A stretch of DNA of 64,000 nt from a virus. How positions within the stretch are numbered: the stretch's first letter is position 1; every line of letters starts with the position of its first letter. Positions 56,848-64,000 of this stretch are shown here, piece by piece. The stretch covers positions 16,153-80,152 of the IMG/VR virus record IMGVR_UViG_3300046821_000134, one strand, 5' to 3'. Under the pieces are notes generated by a model. It saw only the letters and a list, made by a program, of their open reading frames with translations. It made no database searches and had not been told where the DNA came from. A program made the position numbers and the translations under genes.

Positions 56848-57140
56848 CAACAATCGTTATTGAAGAAGGGAAGCTCTGTCTGGAATTCACTAAGGGGGTT
56901 GGAGCTAGTGTTGGGACATACACTCCATATGTGTTTGAGAAAGGGGGGAAGGAAGCAATCAACCCTCGCACAAGGGAGCCTGTCATCACAGAAGATAAGT
57001 GGGTGAAGAGAGAGCTGTATTTCACTAATCTCATTCATGCTCTGCGTTGGTGTGCACAGGAGCTTGTTCACATGGATAATCCATCGATGATTTCATTGGA
57101 TGATTATCTTAAGCGTTGTGAAGCTGTGTGGAAACAATAA
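56844..57140 (+). CDS. hypothetical protein
   Basis: ATGA overlap; last gene of the + unit. Confidence 0.7.
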   Translation: MTTIVIEEGKLCLEFTKGVGASVGTYTPYVFEKGGKEAINPRTREPVITEDKWVKRELYFTNLIHALRWCAQELVHMDNPSMISLDDYLKRCEAVWKQ

Positions 57141-57253
57141 AAGCCATTTCCTTCCATGAATGCTCCAAGGAATTCCTTCTGAAATAGAGAGGGGGCTATG
57201 AGGGTAGCTTGAGAGGGGAATAACGTGTAGAAGGCTGGAGGGATTTAAGGAGG

Positions 57254-57284
57254 GGAGCTATCTTGCGATAGCTCCTTTTGTTTT
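57254..57284 (+). terminator. intrinsic terminator
   Basis: GGAGCTATC-TTGC-GATAGCTCC-TTTTGTTTT. Confidence 0.85.
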
Positions 57285-58186
57285 GCCTACAGCAAATGTA
57301 TAAAAATTATTTTTGTAGGAATGAAATGGGGAGGGCTTGTTGGAAGCTAAGAGGTAAATATCGTAGGGAGTGGATGAATGGAGGCTAGATGGGAAAATGG
57401 GCAGTAGTGTGAGCAGGGCTTAACCGACCCTCCCGTCCCCTCTGGCACGCTTTTTGCTTTTTTAAACTATCCAGCACGTCCTACCCCTTCGCCTTCCCCT
57501 CGCCCAGCACATCTCCCCATTCCCCAGCTCATCGCTAACCCATCCTTGCCCTATTATTAGCAAGCCATGCCCTGCCCGTTACCCTATCAGCCTGATAATA
57601 ACTCGACTGACTCTAGCGGATTTTATGTCAACTTGCTCATGCCCTGTAATGGCTCCCTATTAGCTAACTCTCCTCGCCTTATTGTTAGCAATAGCATTGC
57701 GTCCTGCTAAGGCTATCCCCTCGGATACTGTGTGCATCATGCAGGCATCTTCATCGATCTACTGCTATCATCGTTATACAACTATGTAGTAATATAGTGA
57801 TACAACTGTATAGTAGTACAGGATTATCATAGTATTAACCAGTACTAGGCTAACTTGTGGGTGTTAACTAACCTTACGTAGTCGAGACACACCCCCATTC
57901 CCGCTCTAAACCCACGCAATTATGCGCCCTGCCAAGGATGCCCACTAGATTCTCGGTATGCTTACAGGATACCCAATAACCTGCCTTGGCAGCATCCACC
58001 TGTAGCTTCGCTGTACAACTGATCCCCTTGCCTGCCCTTCCCTAGCATGCCTCAACAGCATGCAATATAAGCCCTTGGCTGTGTTATATAGCGCCTAAGC
58101 TATTCCCCTATAGATGGCCTCCCATTCGTGCATTGTAAGCCGCTCTGATGTGTTCTAGCTTGGCAGAATACCATGCCGTAGACGTG

Positions 58187-58211
58187 ACAAAGCCAGCCTA
58201 AGGGCTGGCTT
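58187..58211 (-). terminator. intrinsic terminator ending the early (-) unit
   Basis: AAGCCAGCC-TAAG-GGCTGGCTT. Confidence 0.75.
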
Positions 58212-58231
58212 GTTGTTAGGCTTGATAGTAT

Positions 58232-58402
58232 CTAGTCAAGGCACACGTACCGCCCGTCAATCCACTGCCAGATGTGACGACTCCGGCCCTTCGTCCATAC
58301 ATACTCTGCAGCCACGGCGCTGCAGCATTGCAGACATACTGCCCGATCTGCTGTCGTCCTTACTTGAAACTTAGCCGTGAACGTTGTTTTCCAGTCTCTC
58401 AT
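58232..58402 (-). CDS. small hypothetical protein (56 aa, not in ORF track)
   Basis: AAGGAGG RBS, open frame ending before the terminator. Confidence 0.55.
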   Translation of the reverse strand: MRDWKTTFTAKFQVRTTADRAVCLQCCSAVAAEYVWTKGRSRHIWQWIDGRYVCLD

Positions 58403-58413
58403 TACTTGCCTCC

Positions 58414-58842
58414 TTAGAAATAATCCCTGCTTAAGCTATGCCCGCCGAATTCAACGTACGGCAATTTGAAGAAATCGCGCACAGCATAGCCGAAAGACTC
58501 AAGCCCTACGCCAGTTCCCATAGCTTGCATTGCCAGATAATGCCCAAACAATTCTGGTGTAAGCTCGTGGTCGGCGCCGGCTGGATCAAGTTCGCAAGCT
58601 TTGCGATAAAGAACGCGCAGACACTGGTCAATTGGCGCCAGCATCAACCCGGTATAGTTGCTCGAAAGCTCAAGCGCCAAAGTACGTGCCGCACCAATAG
58701 CCGATGGGTCAATTTCCTCCGGCATCATGTCCATGATGTCATGGCCTGAAAGCATGCTTGCCCGCCCGGCCTCTTCGCACTGTTCAGCCCAAGCGCAAGC
58801 GAAGAAAGCCTTCGCCATGCCGTTTAGAATTTCGTTTTTCAT
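58414..58842 (-). CDS. hypothetical early protein
   Basis: 142 aa, FGHYLAMQAMG.GVG. Confidence 0.8.
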   Translation of the reverse strand: MKNEILNGMAKAFFACAWAEQCEEAGRASMLSGHDIMDMMPEEIDPSAIGAARTLALELSSNYTGLMLAPIDQCLRVLYRKACELDPAGADHELTPELFGHYLAMQAMGTGVGLESFGYAVRDFFKLPYVEFGGHSLSRDYF

Positions 58843-58844
58843 AA

Positions 58845-59105
58845 TTAAACCCTCTCAATCCGCGAATGCTGCGCCTCAAGCCGTGCGGCTTCGTCAGCGT
58901 CTATTTCATCGACAAAGAAACAAGTAGCACCGCTCACGCTGTCGTATCGATTGCCGCCCACATGCCGCCAATATACAGGGCTCACCTTACGCAAGGCGCC
59001 CCTTGCTGTGCTGGCTGAAACAATCCAGCGGCTGGCCCAGCTATAATTTGCCTCTCCGCCAAATGTGTCTGTGTATTCGACGAAAAACAGTTTTTTATCT
59101 TTCAT
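58845..59105 (-). CDS. hypothetical early protein
   Basis: E.TDTFGGEANYSW motif; start after GAGGAG. Confidence 0.8.
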   Translation of the reverse strand: MKDKKLFFVEYTDTFGGEANYSWASRWIVSASTARGALRKVSPVYWRHVGGNRYDSVSGATCFFVDEIDADEAARLEAQHSRIERV

Positions 59106-59116
59106 GGTCAATCTCC

Positions 59117-59272
59117 TCAAAAAACAACCATACACGCCAACATGACGCCAGCTGCGAATCCTGCGAGCTTGAACACATTCAAGCCGCCCTTGCTGCTAAC
59201 CTTAGCAGCCCTGCCCTTTGAGGCGCAAGCCGAAAACCCCTGAATGTTTGCTGTGTATTCGCTACGTGCCAT
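59117..59272 (-). CDS. small protein with C-terminal TM segment
   Basis: start MARSEY after AGGGG. Confidence 0.55.
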   Translation of the reverse strand: MARSEYTANIQGFSACASKGRAAKVSSKGGLNVFKLAGFAAGVMLACMVVF

Positions 59273-59274
59273 GA

Positions 59275-59466
59275 TTAAACCCCTACACCGTGAGCGCTGA
59301 TCCCGGCACGATAGGCAGCATCGTTTGATGCATCCTGACGGAAGATACAAACACCTTCTTCATCATTTGCCCATACAACAAAGGCGAGTTGCCACACAAA
59401 AACTGCGGCAGCAGGAAGACTCTTTCCAGTGGCTTTCATCACTGCTTCATTGATTGTGTTGCGCAT
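59275..59466 (-). CDS. hypothetical early protein
   Basis: 63 aa, AAGGA RBS. Confidence 0.6.
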   Translation of the reverse strand: MRNTINEAVMKATGKSLPAAAVFVWQLAFVVWANDEEGVCIFRQDASNDAAYRAGISAHGVGV

Positions 59467-59541
59467 GATTCTTTATCCTTCAAAAAACGTTGTTCATGTA
59501 AGGATTATAGACATGTTAGCGATTGAGTATGTAATGACTAT

Positions 59542-59575
59542 CCCTAATAGGGAGAACCCTGATAGGGCTGCCCTG
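59542..59575. promoter_or_regulatory. operator-like palindrome array
   Basis: CCCTAATAGGG and CCCTGATAGGG 15 bp apart; related array at 61570-61610. Confidence 0.6.
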
Positions 59576-59581
59576 CACAAA

Positions 59582-59782
59582 CTAATTCATTATCACCCGG
59601 CTATGCGTGAAGCCCTTTTCACCCATCAGTATACCCACCTTGGCTAATGCCTCCTGCAGCGTGCCGAAATACGTGTCGCCATAATGAAAGATTGCCAGCG
59701 TCTTACCCATGTACAGGCAAACAAGAAAACCGCCTTTTGGATTAAAACCGAGTGTATCGTCTCTAACTGTCAACGTTTTCAC
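59582..59782 (-). CDS. hypothetical early protein
   Basis: 66 aa, AAGGAG RBS, GTG start. Confidence 0.6.
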   Translation of the reverse strand: MKTLTVRDDTLGFNPKGGFLVCLYMGKTLAIFHYGDTYFGTLQEALAKVGILMGEKGFTHSRVIMN

Positions 59783-59899
59783 AGTATACGCTCCTTTCCG
59801 CGGGCTGGCTTGTTAGCCTTACCTTTAGGCATAGCTTCCTGCCAACTCTTGCGAGCTTTTGTATTAACGTGCTTTTCGTATGCTTGGTTTGTTTGCATG

Positions 59900-60079
59900 T
59901 TATTTGCCTACCTTTCCGATGTAGGGATTCGGCCGATTGTACCATGCTGCTATCTGGCACTCGCTGTGCGCTGTGAAGAGCTTTGTATAATCACTAGCCT
60001 TGCCACCATGCTTCTCTGCCCGTTCAGACGCAGACGGAACTAACACTATCTCACGATTACAGTATGTACATTTCATCAT
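59900..60079 (-). CDS. small Cys-containing early protein
   Basis: MMKCTYC...LVPSA.ERA.K.G.....YT.LF..H..C. Confidence 0.65.
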   Translation of the reverse strand: MMKCTYCNREIVLVPSASERAEKHGGKASDYTKLFTAHSECQIAAWYNRPNPYIGKVGK

Positions 60080-60261
60080 AAACCCCTTATTTAACGTGGC
60101 CCGCACGTTTCCATATTTCATAGGTGGTGTAGTCAGTGAAGGCTGTATATTGTCCAGCTCTAACGTTTACATGGTAATTCAGCACCTTGCGTATAATAGC
60201 ATTCGGGTATGCCTTTTTTGCATAATAGTATGTAGAGAAGTATTCCATAATTCATCGCTCC

Positions 60262-60693
60262 TTAAAAGTTAATCGCACCAGATACTTTGGTTTTCACCAC
60301 TAGCCCAGATTTTACATGCCGTGCAAGCTCTTGTAAAGCCCTCTTGCGACTCCACGTAACGCCACGCGCTAACAATGCCTCACACAATGGCGTGGCCTCT
60401 ATTCCGCCTTCAGGGGCGCTACGCAATACGCGAAACAATGTAGACGTAGCATCTGGGCCAGAATTGTCCTTAAGCAGCCCCCACTTGCTAAGGCTGAACG
60501 TTATCGTCATGTTATCGCGGTATCTTTCGTGCTGTGTCAGGTGCCACGTGTTAGCATCCTCGCCATTCATGGCTTGCGAGACAATACGGATATCAAGCCC
60601 CAGCCTATCCGCAATCTTGCTTTGAGCTGGCGTATCAGCAGATAGGAATAGCCGCCTACCTGCAAGGTTTTTGAGTGTGTCGATTTGACGCAT
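60262..60693 (-). CDS. hypothetical protein, possible HTH DNA-binding
   Basis: QSKIADRLGL....VS..; AAGGAG RBS. Confidence 0.7.
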   Translation of the reverse strand: MRQIDTLKNLAGRRLFLSADTPAQSKIADRLGLDIRIVSQAMNGEDANTWHLTQHERYRDNMTITFSLSKWGLLKDNSGPDATSTLFRVLRSAPEGGIEATPLCEALLARGVTWSRKRALQELARHVKSGLVVKTKVSGAINF

Positions 60694-60696
60694 GGC

Positions 60697-61158
60697 TTAT
60701 TCTCCTTTAACACAAACAAACCAGCCGATTGTCTGCCCACGATTGCTCCCCTTTTTGATGTATTCACGTTCTACGTCAAGGCCAATGGCATCGGCAATCC
60801 TAAGCATTGATTCTATCCCGCATGCGCCATCAAGGCTCACCATGCCATCCGGCTTGATTACAATGCCATGATGACCGTTTACAAGCCGCTTATACCCATT
60901 TGTGACATACCCGGCATCCTCCATTACTTGCTTGTGTGCCCACGCCTGCAATCGTGCTTGGTGCTCTGCTTCGAGAAAGTCTCCAAATACTGTCCCCACC
61001 ATATCATATCCGCCACCGCTACAACGATAGCGTGCACCTGTATCCCGGCTGTCAAGCCTGCAAATGTTATAGCCATATGTATCACGACCGCGAGAGATAG
61101 ACCAGCTCAGAGAAAGACGATTGATGTTCATGATGTATGGCTTTAGCCATTTCTCCAA
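60697..61158 (-). CDS. hypothetical early protein
   Basis: SRGRDTYGYN...C.GGGYDMVGT...DGACG motifs. Confidence 0.8.
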   Translation of the reverse strand: MEKWLKPYIMNINRLSLSWSISRGRDTYGYNICRLDSRDTGARYRCSGGGYDMVGTVFGDFLEAEHQARLQAWAHKQVMEDAGYVTNGYKRLVNGHHGIVIKPDGMVSLDGACGIESMLRIADAIGLDVEREYIKKGSNRGQTIGWFVCVKGE

Positions 61159-61182
61159 TTGATTAAAGGGTTATTGATAACA

Positions 61183-61332
61183 CTAAGCCACTGCTTCACA
61201 CTGAAGCGCAATCGTAAGGCATCTGCGGGCCGTGTTCAGATTATATCCGCACCTGTTCATAAGAAACCGTATCGCTGCATCACGGCCCCATTGATGATAG
61301 CCTGTACGGGCTGCTTTGTGAATGTGTACCAT
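61183..61332 (-). CDS. small hypothetical protein (49 aa, not in ORF track)
   Basis: TAATG coupling with the upstream gene. Confidence 0.45.
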   Translation of the reverse strand: MVHIHKAARTGYHQWGRDAAIRFLMNRCGYNLNTARRCLTIALQCEAVA

Positions 61333-61493
61333 TATTCCGCCCCTTCATTCAGATAATCGCTAACGTTAAAACTCCAGCGTGCGGCAAGCTCGCGGACAAG
61401 CTCATCGCGATCTTGCGAAGGATCATTCTCTAACGTTTCCGCTATGGCCTCATCAAGACACTGGCGAAAGATACTCTTGGTGGCTTCAAACAC
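61332..61493 (-). CDS. small acidic hypothetical protein
   Basis: GTG start after GGAG, directly downstream of a promoter. Confidence 0.55.
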   Translation of the reverse strand: MFEATKSIFRQCLDEAIAETLENDPSQDRDELVRELAARWSFNVSDYLNEGAE

Positions 61494-61531
61494 GATGGGT
61501 TCTCCGGGTTGTTTGTTGAGCTGACAATTTA

Positions 61532-61559
61532 ATTCTACATGCTCTACAGGGCATTGCAA
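61532..61559 (-). promoter_or_regulatory. early sigma70-type promoter
   Basis: TTGCAA-N16-TAGAAT with an AT-rich UP element. Confidence 0.65.
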
Positions 61560-62895
61560 GAATTATTTTATAGGGAGAATCCCTAACAGGGTTTTCCTAA
61601 TGATAGCCCTGCCTATTTACGTCAACAGACGCGCACGCGTAATAGCTTCATAAGAAGAATCTAGCAAGCTATTGATTATCGATTACTGATAGCGAAATAC
61701 AATTAGTCTTTCATCCTGCCATCCTCTACAATCTAAAAATCAAATTCACTTTTGAGGCCAAGTCTCGCCCGGAGTATGTAGAAGCTAAACCTTCCTGCCC
61801 TCTAAGGTTTGCAAGCCCGACCGGCCTAAGCCGCTGGAAAGGCTAACAAGCCCCTTTTGCCCTACGGATAGCGGCAGGCTATCGATTTGGCTGGATTTCG
61901 ATAGCCATTCCCTATTCGGATGCGATTTGGAAGACCCCCTCATCAACAGGGTCTTGGATGATTGTGCTGCGCACATTTTTCAGGATTTATGCCCCGTGAG
62001 GATATGGGACTAAAAATGGAGATGTATATTTCCCATTGGAAATTCCCGCCACGATTTTTCTGTAGAATGCCTCCCCTATTATTTATTTTTCTTCATCCCT
62101 TGACATTTTATCTCCACCTCTCCTGACACTTTTACACTTTTTGTCTAATCTGTCCATTATTCCCTGAGATTCTTGTCGCTTGTAGGCGACAGATTAGTTG
62201 TCAATCTTATCCGGGTATTATTCATCTTGGTAGCAGATGGGTGGCTGTAGGATTGGTCAATATACTTGACGTATCAAGGTGTTTAGGCTGCAGCGGGCTG
62301 TTATGGATGCAGCTCTCTGTCCCTATTTATCTCTTGATATATATCAAATTATGTCTCAGCTACATAATTATGTGTTTTCTACTAATATCTAACCAAGTAT
62401 AACAGAAATCAAGTAGATTTTACACTAATAAATGGCAACCATATTGACCTAATTAGTTAATGAGGGGTGCGTTGTTACGTCTCATGGGGCAAACAAATAG
62501 GCCGCCAGAGCCCTCCTTTTATAGAGAACCCTGACGGCCATAGTTACATCAAGCACTAATTATTGTAGCTACACAAATCCTGTCAACACTCTGTAGAAGC
62601 AGATTCCAGAAATTTGAAATGTGTAAATTCAGAATCTGGAAATTGAAAATTTAGGATTTGGTTATTCAAGCTCGTCATTGTCTATAAGGAAGTACAGAGC
62701 GTCAATTTCCTCTGCGGCTACTCTGTTCTCCTCTTCGTTACAGAGAATTAAATCCTCTAACAGATTGATTCTCTGAATAGCTTCTTCTTTTGTTGTAAGT
62801 ACCATCATACCCTCCTTTCCAAAAATTTGAAGGCAACATTTTGTTCCATCTTATTGCACTAAAATGCAAGATTTGTGTTGATAAGATGGATGGTT

Positions 62896-63120
62896 TCACA
62901 GCTCCACCTCGTCGTATTGCCATTCGGGGTGAATCCAGCGGACGAATCCACTGTTCGCCTCAATCCGCTTTATCGATGAGTATCCATGACCCTCCAAAGT
63001 GTGGTCCCGATAAAGAATCCCATTCATCCTCATGTAATAATCTCGATACCCAACCGTCCTCTCTTTGCGAGGTGCCATTATCACAATTGGCACAGCGACC
63101 ATTTCCCGTCCTCTGCGCAA
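62896..63120 (-). CDS. hypothetical protein (possibly the C-terminal half of a split gene)
   Basis: MAP.K..TV..R.Y...FVRWI..EWQ..EV. Confidence 0.5.
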   Translation of the reverse strand: MRRGREMVAVPIVIMAPRKERTVGYRDYYMRMNGILYRDHTLEGHGYSSIKRIEANSGFVRWIHPEWQYDEVEL

Positions 63121-63266
63121 GTGCCAATCTGGCCATTTTCAAGTAGCACCACAACGCGATACATCTCGGCAGCTTCTGGGACGTGTGCAACGAATTTGGC
63201 TGGGCGTCCATCCCAAAGAATCGGCTCGCCGCGCTTAGCGGCTTCGAGATCAAATCGTTTGTTCAT
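63081..63266 (-). CDS. hypothetical protein
   Basis: FDLEAAK.GEP....G..A.F start; AAGGGAG RBS. Confidence 0.65.
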   Translation of the reverse strand: MNKRFDLEAAKRGEPILWDGRPAKFVAHVPEAAEMYRVVVLLENGQIGTCAEDGKWSLCQL

Positions 63267-63399
63267 TGGTTTCTCCCTTCAAAATAAAACTGACAGCACC
63301 ACTATAACAATCCCAATAACCCACGTAGCAGCAATCACGTCTCGCACCAGTTTATCCTTTTCCATTGTTCTCTCCTTCAAAAATTTGAAACATGCTTTT

Positions 63400-63428
63400 A
63401 TTGTAGAGCATAGAAGGGGAATTGTCAA
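63400..63428 (-). promoter_or_regulatory. sigma70-type promoter
   Basis: TTGACA-N17-TACAAT. Confidence 0.75.
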
Positions 63429-63433
63429 GGGGG

Positions 63434-64000
63434 TCATTCGTTCTCTCCCTTCGCTGCGATTGCTGCGTCGATTGCTTGGGAAGCCGCGCTGTAACTCATT
63501 ACGGGTATGCGTGCAGAAATGTCGTGGCATGCTTTCCGTGTGTCGGGACTATCATGGTCATTCGTCAGCCATCTATACCGCTCAGCATCCTTGTGGTACG
63601 GCTCAATCAGTGCTTGTGCCTCTTTGCTGACGGCAGGATCAAGCGCCACCTTGCACTCGTAATCAACCAACGCAGCAAGCGCCCTGACGGGATCAGTCTC
63701 GTGGTCTGTGTGCAGGACGTAGCTGACGGCCAACTCGTTGATGATTGCTTGTTTCCAAGGATTGCGCTTCTCGTCTGCAATCGCCTCGGCAATGGCTGCG
63801 TCGAGCGAGGCTGTACTAGTCTGTTGAGTATTAGGATGTAGCGGATCAGCGCCAATGAACACAGCTTCTGGTACTTCCGGCCACTCGCTGCGTATAGCGT
63901 CGAAACTCCCCTCGACCCAACAGCGCAGAAACTGATCTCCGCAATCGGTTTTTAGCGAAAACTTAATCGCCGCAACGGGAGCTATCGAGCCGTCCCTTGA
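63434..64000 (-). CDS. mosaic Eaa/Ead-like early protein, 5' truncated by the window edge
   Basis: frame is open to 64000 (FLRCWVEG.FDAIR.EWPE.PEAVFIGADPL); KDAERYRWL and IDAAIAA modules. Confidence 0.7.
   Translation of the reverse strand, partial: SRDGSIAPVAAIKFSLKTDCGDQFLRCWVEGSFDAIRSEWPEVPEAVFIGADPLHPNTQQTSTASLDAAIAEAIADEKRNPWKQAIINELAVSYVLHTDHETDPVRALAALVDYECKVALDPAVSKEAQALIEPYHKDAERYRWLTNDHDSPDTRKACHDISARIPVMSYSAASQAIDAAIAAKGENE

Noticed and set aside
62896-63266. Programmed frameshift joining the two overlapping ORFs
   Set aside because: They look like halves of one gene, but no slippery heptamer is evident. A natural or sequencing frameshift cannot be distinguished here.
1-64000. 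Prophage status or alternative genetic code
   Set aside because: No integrase, att site, repressor or flanking host genes were recognised. Core genes are full length under the standard code and use all three stop codons.

Overview
A 64 kb slice of a probably lytic, long-tailed (siphovirus-type) dsDNA phage genome. No integrase, repressor or host genes were recognised. Layout: (1) 419-12756 (+), replication and nucleotide genes (nucleotidyltransferase, family A DNA polymerase, SSB-like protein, 5'-3' exonuclease, HNH proteins, metallophosphoesterase, MazG-like NTP-PPase, DsbA/GapR-like protein). (2) 12791-44777 (-), morphogenesis and lysis: holin-like gene, auxiliary virion genes, SAR endolysin, nested spanins, TerS, TerL with a class 3 intein, portal, S49 protease, scaffold, decoration protein, capsid, and a lambda-like tail with a -1 frameshift chaperone, TMP, M/L/K/I/J and fibres. 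(3) 45137-57140, mostly (+) accessory genes (PhoH, ClpP-like protein, DNA methyltransferase) interrupted by an inverted adhesin cassette. (4) 58232-64000 (-), small early-type genes flanked by long non-coding tracts that may be genome ends. Transcription appears to use near-consensus sigma70 promoters throughout. There are two main candidates for undescribed biology. The first is a ~570-nt highly structured non-coding transcription unit between terS and terL, with its own perfect promoter, a terminator, a 5'/3' closing helix, anti-Shine-Dalgarno loops and a hammerhead-like sub-domain. The second is a pair of paralogous ~410-430 aa minimal PolA/T7-RNAP-like polymerases, each preceded by a ~210-nt non-coding leader carrying the same 15-bp box and an AT-rich tract. 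All calls are from motif reading by eye; no database searches were run.
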